From: Octopus vulgaris
Taxonomy: Eukaryota
DNA length: 64,000 nt
Assembly: GCA_951406725.2 (NCBI GenBank)
Contig: OX597820.1
Coordinates: 90,582,001-90,646,000 of the forward strand
Direction of reading: 5' to 3'
Shown here: positions 13,441-29,556 of the stretch, one piece after another
Layout of the letters: each line of letters begins with the position of its first letter
Numbering within the stretch: position 1 is the first letter of the stretch
The notes under the pieces: model-generated
Told to the model about the DNA's origin: nothing
The model's input: only the letters and a program-made list of their open reading frames with translations
Databases searched by the model: none
Program-made: the position numbers and the translations under genes

Positions 13441-13927
13441 ATTGCCTATATGCATAAAACTGAGAATGTGTCACTGCCTGAATGTGTGTCTATATGTGTG
13501 CATCATAAAAACTCAAGAACTACCCAACAGATTTCATTCGAATGTTATACATGCCTTACATAGGGTCCATGCAGAATCATGAGCAAAAATTTTTAACTTC
13601 TTGCCTAATGCGAGCCCGCAGCAATCTCTAATCTCTTACACTATTTCAGTATTACGTGTCAAAATGAAACAAGAACCTCTCTATTGTAATGTGAGATAAT
13701 ACTTTCAGTTTTCACAGTGAAACAATTAATACCTTCACTATGCATATATATTAGTTTCATTTCTATCACATTCACTATGATATATTTATGTATGTATATG
13801 TAAGTATACATATGTTTGTATATGTGTGTATGTATATGTATGTATACATAATTATCTATATATATTTATGTATGTATATTGATGTGTATATACATGTGTG
13901 CATATATATAGGTGTGTATATGTAAAT

Positions 13928-13974
<47 letters not shown>

Positions 13975-14003
13975 TATTTATGTATATATGTATGAATATA
14001 TAT

Positions 14004-14040
<37 letters not shown>

Positions 14041-14342
14041 AACAATGAAAACCTATGCTCTTTTAATCCCGAGTCAGGACTGGTATCTCTGCTAGTTATA
14101 TATATATGTAATTAAATAAATAACAACATACAGATAATGTGTCAATCCGTTACATCTCTTTCTAACTAGTATTTAATTGATTAATGGAGAAATTACATCA
14201 TTAGAAAATCCATTTTCTTCAGGTGAATACATAAATCACAATATTCAAAAACGTCCAAAGGCCGACAGTCTGTGCTACTTCATGATTCTATGACTAGTGC
14301 CAGTCATAAGGATCCATACATAACCTTATTATCTTTGCGCCT

Positions 14343-14397
<55 letters not shown>

Positions 14398-16098
14398 GTG
14401 TGTGTGTGTGTACGTACATATATATACATATATACGTATATGAGTATATATATGTGTATATGTGTGAACGTGCGTGCACACGTGTGTGCGTGTAAATATA
14501 TATGCATCTTCCAGCAATCAATGTGATACATATTACTTCAGTGAAACACAGAATTTATGGATCATGGATGAATTTCGAAACAGATGACGAGGATAATATT
14601 TTTCTGTATGTACCTTTTCTTCTCTTATACATGTTCTCTGTCTCTCATTCACTTACACTGATTTTCTGTTTCCAATCTTTCCTTATAATGTTCATCAAGT
14701 GAAGATGATTATAAATCACAGTAGTATATGCTGTTTGTGTGCTGGTTATTAGGGCATAAAACATTTTGTCTTGAAAATCATAAACAACGAATTGGTACCG
14801 GGATTGTGACAATACTTCTAACATCATTTGTGGGAATGTATAAGTTCTCAGAGAAGTGGATGGCTTTTTTCCGCTTATCGTTTCCTTTTAGACACTAAGC
14901 CGTAAAAAAACACAAGCACAATCACATCAGCCTTACCCAAAACACTCGGTACCGCATAATGGATTGGTTACACTATTAAAGATTAAAACCGATTGGCAGA
15001 TTCAATTTTCCCCGTTACGAGAAACAACTTTATAGAAATAACGATTTGTTAATTCTTTTATCCTTTTTTTATTTATCTTTTCAGCATAACGTGAAAATGG
15101 TCTAGAGTGTATTCCATTATTGCCCGGGTTTATATTTGTCATTATTTCTTGAGTGGAAATTTACTGACACATCAAAACAATTGTTTACGTAACTGAGGTT
15201 ATATGTCCTTGTAAGTCAGGGTTGCAATTTTTCACGTAACACTTGTACATAAAATATATAAAGCAATACAGCATTTGAACCAATAACGTTTTCATTCTTC
15301 TTGTTACACATACATATACATACATACAAACAGATACATATATATATATATATATATACGTATATATATACGCAAACATAAATACAAGTACACATACACA
15401 CACATATATGTATGTATGTATATGTCTATTTACCCCTATATATATATGTATATGCATACATACAAACAAAGACACATATGTATGCATGCATACATACAAA
15501 CTTATATATATATATATATACATGCAAACACCCAGAAACACAAACATAAACACACACACATACATAAATAGTGAAAATTAAATTCTATATTTCACGTCAT
15601 TGTTCGGTTGTATATGTGAATTAATTGCTGGTCATTAGCAATGTTTTATTAACACAATACGTTATACAGAGGAGGAAGCTTATTATATGCCATGACGATT
15701 ATGAATAAAACACTTCTACAAAAGAATTTATTAATGCCAACCTAAAATGATGTTGACAGCTAATCATCAAATCATATTAGGTTAACTAATTTAGACACGC
15801 TGAAGTATGTTTGAAGCAATTCATATAGATACTACACCTACGGAATATGTATTGCCTCGAATTTTATTCTTTACAGCTAATTGATTATCAGTAAAAATAT
15901 GTTTATACAGAATATCAATTAAGAGATAGAGTTTTAAAGAATTCATTCCCGTAATATACGAAGTGACATACACAGTGCCATCCATTATCTAATGCAATGT
16001 TTCAGGTGGCCAGGGAAACCCGGTTCCAGTTTTCACGCCTTCAATTTTCAAATAGCATTTCTGTTCGAAACCATACCTCCAACAAACACTAATAGGCA

Positions 16099-18220
<2,122 letters not shown>

Positions 18221-19494
18221 ATACGATCGTTCTTGAAAAATAAGCAAGAGTTACCTCCAATGTCGAACATGCATTAGAAACGATCTTTATTTGCAATAAA
18301 CTATTTACGAGATAATTTTTGTCCCAAATCAAAACCGAACACTGTCTATTCAAAATATAGAGACGCTAAATAATGAAGGCTTCATTGCGCATCACAACAT
18401 CGTAATTCAGGTTTATAGAGACTGCTTATTGTAATGATCTCAGTATTCTTTGAACTAAGCCGCTGAATGCAAAACCGTAAGTAGAAATGGTTATAAAATT
18501 GTATATTAGCAACAGTAGGCACCTGTATATGGTGAAAAGAAATGAAGCTCATATGGAAAAGAAAGTTGCTTAAAAGTAGGATATAAATCTGAACACAATA
18601 CCCTAAATTATATGTCTGCTCAGTTAAGTGATTTGGTTTAAAAAAACAGAATAGCAGCTAGAAGATTATCCAGTATTGTTAAGTGGATGCTATCATACAA
18701 GATTGTCGAACTGGCAGAATAATTAGAACTTTGAAAATTAACTTGTGATATTTCCTCGAATTCTTTCACTTACTTATTTAAATCGTGTTGAGCTCAAGTT
18801 TTTACTTCATCCCTGTCTGGCCCCAAAAAACAAAACAATGTACCACTCGTTTTGTCGAATATCAGCCCCTCAAACCTGTCAGTATTGTCTCTAAATTGAG
18901 ATTGTAATCTTTGTTTTGCATATTCGCTGAAATATTTTTATGTTGTTAATTAAGACAGAAATGATGCATTTGTTTTTGTTTGGTATTTAGCGGTGTTCGG
19001 TGATGTATGTGGATCCGATGTTTTATGAATTTTTTTCTTTATTTTCTTTTTTTCTTTTTACAGTTGCTTTTAGTTTTTTCTTATTCTCATCCCACTGTCC
19101 TTATCGAAACAGGATATTGCCGGGTTGGAAATCTTTAACTTGGACAGGTACTGAGGTTATATTCTATTGTGTCAATGCTTGGCCAAAGATGAAAGTGTCT
19201 ATTTTTAGCCCTTTCAAACGTGTCTACCACACTACCTCTTTTTCTACAGCCAAGAGACACATAAAAACTTCTTGCATCTCCTCTGGAAACATTAGTGATT
19301 TGTTCATCATCCTTAAACAGCCCCTATTAAAGGGACCATTTGTTTGGGAAGGGCTACTCAGCCATATGATTAAGATACATGTACTTGGTGTACACTTTTC
19401 TGACGGGTGGTCATGATGTGTGTACTGGGCTTCGTATATTTTATCCCAGTATCATTTTGATGGTATGCACTGCTCTCTCACTCAATTATATTAA

Positions 19495-20238
19495 TGATAA
19501 TGGTTTCGAATATTGCGACAAGGGCAGCAATTTTGAGGGAGGGGATGAGTCATTCACATCAACCCCAGTGTTTAACTGTTACCTTTTTATCGACCGAGAA
19601 AGAATGAAAGGCAAGTTTGACGTTGGACTCACAAAGTAAAGACAGATGAAATACCTATTTCTTAACTACCCACAAGGGAGACAAACAAGGACAGACAGAC
19701 GGATTAAGTCGATTATATCGACCCCAGTGTGTAACTGGTACTTATTTAATCGACCCCGAAAGAATGAAAGGCAAAGTCGACCTCGGCGGAATTTGAACTC
19801 AGAACGTAACGGCAGACGAAATACCTATTTCTTTATTACCCACAAGGGCTAAACACAGAGGGGACAAACAAGGACAGACATAGGTATTAAGTCGATTACA
19901 TCGACCCCAGCGCGTAACTGGTACTTAATTTATCGACCCCGAAAGGATGAAAGGCAAAGTCGACCTCGGCGGAATTTGAACTCAGAACGTAACGGCAGAC
20001 GAAATACCTATTTCTTTATTACCCACAAGGGGCTAAACACAGAGGGGACAAACAAGGACAGACATAGGTATTAAGTCGATTACATCGACCCCAGCGCGTA
20101 ACTGGTACTTAATTTATCGACCCCGAAAGGATGAAAGGCAAAGTCGACCTCGGCGGAATTTGAACTCACAACGTAACGCAGACGAAATACCGCTAAGTAT
20201 TTCGCCCGGCGTGCTAACGTTTCTGCCAGCTCGCCGCC
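19495..20238 (-). mobile_element. Multimeric tRNA-derived SINE with ~181-bp tandem internal units
   Basis: Head GGCGGCGAGCTGGCAGAAACGTTAGCACGCCGGGCG and B-box-like GAGTTCAAATTCC. The body GCCTTTCATCCTTTCGGGGTCGATAAA is repeated, and the last copy is more diverged. Confidence 0.85.
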
Positions 20239-20251
20239 TTTTTTTCTTTTT

Positions 20252-20351
20252 ATATGGAACGCTTCACGAATTTGCGTGTCATCCTTGCGCAGGGGCCATG
20301 CTAATCTCTGTATCGTTCCAATTTTAGAATATGTACCGCCGTAGCTAGTAC
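20252..20351 (-). pseudogene. RNU6: U6 snRNA retrocopy/pseudogene
   Basis: Minus strand GTACTAGCTACGGCGGTACATATTCTAAAATTGGAACGATACAGAG-ATTAGCATGGCCCCTGCGCAAGGATGACACGCAAATTCGTGAAGCGTTCCATAT. It has a 3-nt deletion at the 3' side of the ACAGAGA box, an A-rich tail instead of a T-run, and no TATA at -30. Confidence 0.92.
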
Positions 20352-21135
20352 CGACCTGATTTCACATCCTCAAGCCTACTCAAGTCAGAGACACTGTGGT
20401 ATACTATATATATCGAATTTTATATTTGTATATGAACTACAGTCAGCACAAATAAGACGGGGTAAAAAGATGTGTTGTTGAAATTTACTAAAAAATACTA
20501 CAGTTTTTTCTTGAATGATTGATTCAATGTTTTAAAGAGTCTTTCTGCAATTATTTCCACCGACCTATCAGAGTTTAAACATGTCATTTTTTTATAAATA
20601 TATAAAAGCATGAACACAATTATTTTATTTTACTGATTAACATTCAGATTGCCATAAAATAGTTGATTGTTCATTTTGTATATCGTAACAGTAAGAATGT
20701 CACAGAAAATTGCGTGATTATAAAAGCAAACTTGTCCTTCATATAAGATTTAGCACTGTGACTCATTTCATAAAAAAATGTGAATCGAAGCAGCCATAGA
20801 ATATGCATTTCTGAACATGCAAAAACCTTATCAGTTACAAGTAATTGCAGTATTACTTTACAAGATGTTTGAGGAATTTTTGTAGGATTTTACTTATACA
20901 AAGTCTATTTGTATAATAGTTTAGAGAGAAAAATTTCTAAAATAAAAAAAATAAACTTGTAAAGGTACATTTTTTAAAAATCTTCGTGTAAATATGAGTG
21001 GATATTTAAGGAATCTTAAAAAATATCCCATTTTAAAATCCAATATGTTCTTTTGAAATATAAGCTCTATGGGATTAAAACCGAAAAATGTTTGGTTAAA
21101 CATATCACCATAAAAATATAAATTTGAAATTACTT

Positions 21136-21208
<73 letters not shown>

Positions 21209-21339
21209 TGTGTGTGTGTTGTGTGTGTGTGTGTGTGTGACAATATGTATGTGTGTGCGTGCGTACGTGCTTCGTGTGCGTGTGCATGTGTTCGGGATAA
21301 AATTTGATAATATTTTATTTCTTCCTTTTTTTTTTTTTT

Positions 21340-21820
21340 TTTTGAAAAAGCTTCACCAACGTGAAGAGTCAAGAGCCCAGCCTCGGAGAGCATAAACATT
21401 AAAATTGTGACTGAAAAAGTGTTAGGTGACAAGGAGCAATAGATGCTATCTGAATATAGGAAAAGTTACTTCTACGGCTTCACCAGCCCCCATTTCTGGC
21501 CTCCTAATAACCCCACACCAAACGTAATCCCATGGATTACTTACGTTTGGAGCAAGCTGCATAAGACACCAGCTGCTCAGCCTGCGACACCAAAGCCCAG
21601 TTGATGGCTAAAATTAAGGTGATGTTTGAGGAGATGGTAGCTTTATGTTTGCCTTGGTGCAAGCTGAATGCTACACTGACTAAATTATTGTCTCCCAATC
21701 ATAATCTAGTTAATCGGTTTTTATCTATTATAAATTTTATTTTTTATTTTGCGGGTGGAATATTGCGTTTCGTTTGCCATTTATGCAAACTGACAAATTT
21801 ACTCCCGAACACCCTGTATA
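21340..21820 (+). mobile_element. Tc1/mariner-superfamily 3' remnant
   Basis: Frameshifted FWPPN...NPMDY..VWS..MAKIKVMFEEM; TIR-like end ACTCCCGAACACCCTGTA. Confidence 0.6.
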
Positions 21821-22368
21821 TTGTGTAGGTTTTACTCCAAAGCATTCTTATTATTTATTTCGGAGATTGTTTCTAATAGATTTCCCAGTCTATGAATGAA
21901 ATTTTCATTTCGTTTACATGCTGATGAAAATAAAAAGAGGGAGGAAAGGCTAAACGCTTGCAAATCACATTAGGGTATACTTCACATTATATTAAACATA
22001 TTCAATTGAGGGGCGAAGGTAAAGATGCTGGTGTTATTCCGTAACGATAGAATATATATTATGCTGTAAAATCGATAAAAAGAAAAGAAAAAATCTTGCA
22101 GATATGATTAAAGATCCAAGGTTTCGGACAGTGTCCTATTTAGGGAAATCTTGAAAGTAGAGAAAAATATGTCAGACAATATAGGTTTACATACTCTAAA
22201 ATACAACCAGTAATTTAGCTTAGAGCATATAAAACTACTGTCACTCATTTATTTAATTATTTATTTATTTATTTATTTTCATGCTTTTCCTCAAGCAAGA
22301 CACTGTCCGAAACGTTGGATTTACAACTCCTCCAGGCAAATTCACACTGTTACTATACACATGCACAA

Positions 22369-22457
<89 letters not shown>

Positions 22458-22473
22458 TGTGTGTGTGTCTGTG

Positions 22474-22519
<46 letters not shown>

Positions 22520-22733
22520 TATAAATTCCAACGACACATCTTTTTACCTCGTGTCATTTTACCATGTATCATTTGTGTTGACTGTATCGTATGTACAAAT
22601 ATAAAATTTGATGTATATAGTATTCCATAGCGTCTCTGACTTGAGTTGGCTTGAGGATGTGTAATCAGACTCGTGACCCCACGATCGTGATTCAAATACA
22701 CAAACGTTTTTTACATGCATCTTCATACACACC

Positions 22734-22766
<33 letters not shown>

Positions 22767-24389
22767 ATGTGTGTGTGTGTGTGTGTATGTGCGTGTGAGT
22801 GTGCGTGTCTGTGTGTGTTGTGTGTGTGTGTGTATGTACATATGGATATATATATATATGTATGTATGTATATAATTCTCAATATATTTAGAAATTGCTA
22901 AACACTATATCCTATAGTTAAAGATAAGCGTAGAAATTGTTTTTAGGTCAATTGCAGTTCATTTATTTTCACTTGAAGTAAGTCCGTTGACGGTTAAATC
23001 GTACATATTTAGCTTATGTTTTTCTACTGCTAAAATATAATAGTGCAATATAGTTTCGTTAATTATTTATGTAAAGAATAATTTATACTTGTTGAAAATA
23101 ATATTTATCAATGAATCTCATAATAACTCAAAGATCAATTTCCATGGAATGAGTGAACATGAATATATAATTTCTTCCAATATTGTTTCCCTTTTTTTAT
23201 ATTCATGCAGATTTAGTCAAACTCAACCATATCAATAAATCAAGCAAAGATAAAGAAAGATCTTTAAGTTTTCAAATAACCAAGCCACAATAACTTTGCG
23301 CTCCATTTCCATATAATTAGAAAACATGATTTTGTACTTTTCGTCATGAGACTATATTTGTAAATGTCACTTGTCTGTCGATTAGATTTACAGATTCTCC
23401 AACTTTTCTGGATTTACATGAAAATACAATCAGCGTGAAAACGCAAATCCTAATGACCTGCACAGGAGTTGATATATTAATAAAAATTTCTATCGCAACT
23501 TTATAATGCAATAAACGATTTAGGATGATAATATTTTTCTCTCGAAGCACTATTTATGTACGAAGGGCTCATTTATATTTCCCGAATTATGAATATGAAT
23601 GCAATATCCATATTAGCGTTGGCGTTTACAATTATCATTTGCATGCATCAGAAATATATTCTTGTATAAATGCATTATCATTAATATATAATCTACTGAA
23701 TTGAAGTAGAGTTTGTATTAGCAATCGACTGTGGGCAATAAATAAATAACAAATATAATTATCAGTATTAATTCATAAATATAATTAAAATATTTCAAAT
23801 AATCAAATTAATTCGTAGAAGAGACGTGATAGCCGAGGGTCTTTGAAGTCTTGGAATATATTCTATCGCCCATCGTTATTATTTGGAATGTTTGTGTTTA
23901 TTTGTGTGGATTTATGTATTTGTGCTCGATAAGTGAGACGGATAATAGAAGGACTGACTGAGAATATCATATGTACAATACTTATCAACTAATGCTAGGG
24001 CAGGTAACTTCATCAGAGTATAATAGTACGAACCTTAGTTTAGCCGTAAGTCTGCCTGTGATAACACCACTACAATTTATTTGTAAGAATCGTTAGTATA
24101 CCGATGCTTCCGCCTTTGTTCCAATCGTTTATTTTATTCGTGTACATATAATTGATTTAGTAGTAAATACATCACAATCAAATATATTATATTATAAACT
24201 ATAAGCAAATGCGTCGTAATCTAACACAAGATACAAAAATTATATTATAGATAAAAATGTTAATCGTAGTTTGAAACGTATTATCAATACGTAACGAATG
24301 CTTTCAACTTTGTAACATTATCCTACCCTTGACCGCACCCCAGAAACAACTTAAGAACAAAAGTAATACTAATATTAATGATCATAAAT

Positions 24390-24820
24390 AAGGTAGCGAC
24401 AGACAGAACGGCCAGAAAACCGGGCAATATATTTAGCTGCATTTTGTTTGTCTTTACGTTCTGAGTTCAAATTCAGCCGATGTTGACATTAAGTTTCATA
24501 TTTTAGAGGTCGATAAAATAAGAACCAGTTGAATCCTTGGGTCAATGTAATCGACTCTACCGAATTTATTAGCCTTGTGCCAAAGTTTGAAACTAATATC
24601 ACTGATCGTAAATAAGTTGGCGACTAAAGGGAGAACTGTAAGCAAGCCGAGCAATAATGCTTGGTCGAATTTTGTACGTCTTTACGTTCTCTGTTCAAAT
24701 TCCGCCGAGGCCGACGTTGCCTTTCGGGGTTCGATAAAATAAATAATAATTGTGCACTGAGGGCAGGGTGACCGATTATTACCCATCCAGAATTTCAGAC
24801 CGTGGGCGAAAACTGGGAAT
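24390..24820 (+). mobile_element. Two adjacent decayed monomeric SINEs (9400 family)
   Basis: Two occurrences of TCTTTACGTTCT..GTTCAAATTC.GCCGA. Confidence 0.7.
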
Positions 24821-25222
24821 ATATATTAATGGTAGTAAATGTATAAATTAACAAAAGCTATTAAGAAGTTTGAAAGAAAAACAAGGAAATATTTAGACTG
24901 GAAGGAAAAGAGTAAACAGCGAAACTATATCTAAAGCCAGCAAAATATCCACTTGTCAATATAACAAAAGGAAACTTCGCTCACATTCACAAATACAAAC
25001 ACCCACTCATAATGAAAATAGGTTCTGCAATAAATTGCAAACATTCAGTTAGATATGGAAGAGATTTCTTCGATGGTTTATCTTCCTCTTGGCAATCCCA
25101 TTTCCATTGTTAAACTTCTTATGCTAAAGAAGATGTACCCTGCTTAACAGATTCCGGGCAAAAGGCACAGCAAATTAACTACTATGTATGTTGTATGTAT
25201 GTGTGTTATGTATGTCTATTAC

Positions 25223-25266
<44 letters not shown>

Positions 25267-25349
25267 ATATATATATATATATATTTATTCACACATACGC
25301 ATTCACACTTATACATACACACACACAAACATACACAAAAACGCATACA

Positions 25350-25772
25350 TAGGCGCAGGCCCGGCTGCGTAGTAGCAAGTTTCGTTCATAGAAACAAGGT
25401 TCTAGGTTCAGCCTCATTGTGTGGCTTGTTAGGCAGGTATCTTCTACTGTATCCTCGGGCCATCCCAAACCTTGCAAGTGGATTTGGTACACGTAAACTG
25501 AAAATAGACCGTCGTATATTGTGTGTGTGTGTGTGTGTGTGTGTGTGAGTGTGTGTGCATGTATGTCCGTGTGTGCCCCTCACCACTGCTAAACAAGCGG
25601 TCAAGGTGTATTTATGTATTAGTAAGTTAGTGATTAGTCGTGGCTGTGTGAAACCACACGGTTCTGAGTTCAGTCCCACTGAGTAGCATCTTGCGCAAGT
25701 GTCTTCTACTATAGCCTCGGGCCGAGCAAAGCTTTGTGAGTGGTAGACGGAAACTGAAAGAAGCCCGTCGTA
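25350..25772 (+). mobile_element. Two tandem CORE-type SINE 5' parts
   Basis: GGCGCAGG..; GTTCAGTCCCACTG..GCAAGTGTCTTCTACTATAGCCTCGGGCCGA..GGAAACTGAAAGAAGCCCGTCG. Confidence 0.75.
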
Positions 25773-25789
25773 TATATATATATATATAT

Positions 25790-26201
25790 ATATACTCTCT
25801 CTTTACTCTTTTACTTGTTTCAGTCAGTTGACTGCGGCCATGCTGGAGCACCGCCTTTAGTCGAGCAACTCGACCCCGGGACTTATTCTTTGTAAGCCCA
25901 GTACTTATTTTATCAGTCTTTTTTGCCGAACCGCTAGGTGACGGGGACATAAACACACCAGCATCGGTTGTCAAGCAATGCTAGGGGGACAAACACAGAC
26001 AAACATACACGCACACACACACACATATATATACATATATACGACGGGCTTCTTTCAGTTTCCGTCTACCAAATCCACTCACAAGGCTTTGGTCGGCCCG
26101 AGGCTATAGTAGAAGACACTTGCCCAAGTGCCACGCGGTGGGACTGAACCCGGAACCATGTGGTTGGTAAGCAAGCTACTTACCACACAGCCACTCCTGC
26201 G

Positions 26202-26204
<3 letters not shown>
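25790..26204 (-). mobile_element. Full-length young CORE-type SINE with an internal microsatellite
   Basis: Head AGGCGCAGGAGTGGCTGTGTGGTAAG; CORE CACTTGGGCAAGTGTCTT; internal (TA/TG)n; tail GACTGAAACAAGTAAAAGAGTAAAGAG. Confidence 0.85.
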
Positions 26205-26240
<36 letters not shown>

Positions 26241-26828
26241 TTAAACATAAGTAGTAGGGCATGTGTAAATTCCACGGAGCGAATTTAAAATTAAGAGGAC
26301 GTATTTAAGAAAGTAAGGAGGATTTGCATTCTTATAGCATTCACAGTTTATCTGTTTTTAAATATTTTTGACGTCCCTCTACATTTATTTCCTTACGTCG
26401 ACATTGGTGTTGTGTTTTTCCCCCTGTTTACTATCTCTTATCGCTGTTTCTCTCTGATCCGTGCTGTATATCTGCGTATTTTTGATCGGGCAGCTTGCAG
26501 TCGTGTTCCTTGTAAATCTAGAGTTTAGGCTACATTAACCCTTATAAACAAATATCGATTCTTAAGCGAGCAGACATAAAATAAATTCCACGTATGCGTT
26601 AAGCGAAAAATGCTATAGAAATTAGTTCAAAAAAGAAAATAACATTGCATTATCAACACACTACACCTATCACTACAACATCTAGCACTTTCTGACTGTC
26701 CTGTCTTTCTCTTTGTCTCTCAATATCACTGCCTCCCCCGTCCATCTCTCTCCATTTACCTTTACCTTTAGCTAACTTTTAGACCACGTAGTAAGTATTC
26801 ATTCCCCACCCACCGCATATCGTTAACA

Positions 26829-26910
26829 CTTTTTTCTCTTGTACTTGTACTTCTTTTTCTCTTGTACTTCTTTTTCTCTTGTACTTCTTTTTCTCTTGTA
26901 CTTCTTTTCT
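26829..26910 (+). repeat. Short minisatellite, ~18-bp unit CTTTTTCTCTTGTACTT, about 4 copies
   Basis: Direct reading. Confidence 0.85.
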
Positions 26911-29419
26911 ACCATCAGCTGTACACGTGACCATTTGGCCTAAGCGTATCAATATTATTCATCTTTCCCTATTTCTCCGTCTCTTCTTTCTACACTCCTT
27001 CTTCTCTCTCTCTCTCTCTCACTCAATTTCCACCTCTCTCACTAATGTGTTAGGGACGTAAAAACAATCAGGTCATTACATATATGTGTCTATACCTACA
27101 CACACACATATACATACATACATGCACACACACACACACACATTCAAATATAAATCACAGCCACCGTTAGTGTTGTAAACATTATCCAATACAAACACTC
27201 AATGCAAGCTAACCGCTTCTCTTCCGTCAGGCTTCAAATTAAGGCGGTGGAGATGGCTCCCTCAAAGCACCGGGTGATCGAACACCAGAAAGTCATAGAC
27301 AAGCGAGACAACTCACCGCAAATCCCATTCAGGAGCGATGGACAACAATGTGTCAACCCTTTTCTGACTTCCCAACATCAGGTGCCTGAACCGAATCGAA
27401 GGCGAACTGAATCACCACTCCATGACTATATGCAAATAATGTTAAAGATTTTTCCTGGTATGCTGCAACGAGGTAACAATAAATACAAGTATGAACTAGA
27501 ATCAAATCTTCTGTTGTAAACACAGTCGAACACTCATACTCAACGTAACAGCGCAAACTTGTTTACCGGTAGGCTGCGTACGTGAGCTGGCGATGACGCC
27601 TTCAAACTGCTGGGTGTTATAATAGATAAAAGTTATAGGCAGACGAGACATCTCGCCCTAAATCCCATTCGGGAGCGATGAGCATCTATGATTCACCATT
27701 TCGATGGATTATAAAGATCACATACCTGAACCTCTGGTTTGCGAATAATGCCGCCATACTCTTACACCAGTCTTAGAGTTTTTTAAGACGGTCAAAGGAT
27801 CCGCTTTCTCTCATTTCTAAAAAGTAGAAGACAAGCTTGACGTTTAACTGGTTGCATAACCCTGTTGTCCAATCCATCATAAAGCAAAGTATTGTAGTAA
27901 GAAAATACATGTTTATATGCGGTCCTCTAAATACCGTCTCGTAATCGCATACAGATATACCTAAATATTTACTTTCCTATATTGTCCGCCATTTTCTCGT
28001 TGTCTTTCTATTTTTGTTGTTGTTTTTCTATTATAAACTTATGAGCTACAATAATAGTATTAGCACAGCAGCGAGCGTTTCAATTTTCTATAAAATATAC
28101 ATAATTTTGATATTTCACTTTTGAAGTTGTTTTAAATTAATTTGACTTGGAAGTGGGTGTTGAAAGTAATATTTTTGTATTTAAGGGTAGTAAAAACTGC
28201 ATATAAATATGTTAAATTTTAGTTATAAAAATCTTTCTCATTATATTTTTCGAAAATTTCACTACACAATTTTGTGATGAAAAATTTATACAATTCAATC
28301 CACTAATGCAATCCAAATGGTTATATAACCAAAAACTGAAATGAAACACAACTGCTATGTTTGTAGATCCGTTATCGCTTTTCAAATATAAAAATATTTA
28401 TAATGCTTTCAATGATAAAAAAAATAACGTTTTTTTTTTTATGCATTGCCATAAAGAATGTTAGAAATATTACCCAAACTAAACTCCCTAAACAAACTGT
28501 AATATAAATGTGAGCATTTGTCTCGTTAAATGTCAAACATATTTCAAAACTGTATTGCTAAATATATACAATATTTATAAAGGTAAAATTGGTGATGATA
28601 TTGTTATGCGACGATAATTAGGTACTACAAACCGGAGATATCAAAAAATATACTACCTAAGTTTATATAAAAGTATTTAATACGGATTGCAAGGAAAACT
28701 ATCATTCCAGTAGTCAACTAACCTGGTGTATTTATATTCCATCAGATTGCAATGCGAGAAGAAAGATTGTTGATATCCCATTAAGTACAGATCTTGGAAA
28801 TCATATATCGCTGTTCACAGTATCATATCTTACAAAAGATACCTTCAAAACCACAATATTGTTTTTTACCTTCTAATACACAATGCAAGAAAAGAAAAGC
28901 ACTAATGGGATTTGCCAAAATAATCTTGCAAAATAACATGATTATTCAACGGGAAATGTATTATGGGATTTGTAGAAAACATGTATGTACGCATCGATTA
29001 CGATTTAAATTCTTGTCATATGTGCTATAATTCTTTGTTCGTGAAACGAAGAGGAAACATATTTATACTTAACCAGATAAATGAACTGTATATTTTATTG
29101 CGTGATTTTTGCGCAAATTTTCATTGGCGGAAATTAGGTTTAATCTGGGGAATACGTACATACATTCAGACATACATTCAGACATACATACACGCACATA
29201 TATACATATACATATATATATATATATATATATATGCATATGTACATGCATACACATATAACGCATAATATACATATGTATACCTATGTACATGTATATA
29301 TATATATATATATATAGGCATATAGATATACATACATATACATACATATATATATATATATAAATTCATATATATATGTGTATATATATATATATGCATA
29401 TATATATATATATTATATA

Positions 29420-29457
<38 letters not shown>

Positions 29458-29511
29458 TACGTACATATATATACATATATATAAATTCATATATATATGT
29501 GTGTACATATA

Positions 29512-29556
<45 letters not shown>

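Noticed and set aside
19000-19480. 138-aa ORF or LINE endonuclease remnant
   Set aside because: Only faint motif resemblance on the minus strand, too weak to call.
19640-20200. CRISPR-like array, or a ribozyme in the 181-bp SINE units
   Set aside because: There are no unique spacers, the context is a eukaryotic SINE, and I found no CUGANGA/GAAA core on either strand.
20252-20351. Functional U6 gene
   Set aside because: It has a deletion at the ACAGAGA box, no oligo-T terminator and no TATA at -30.
27202-27519. 105-aa ORF
   Set aside because: No recognisable domain; it lies in an internally duplicated, repeat-like island.
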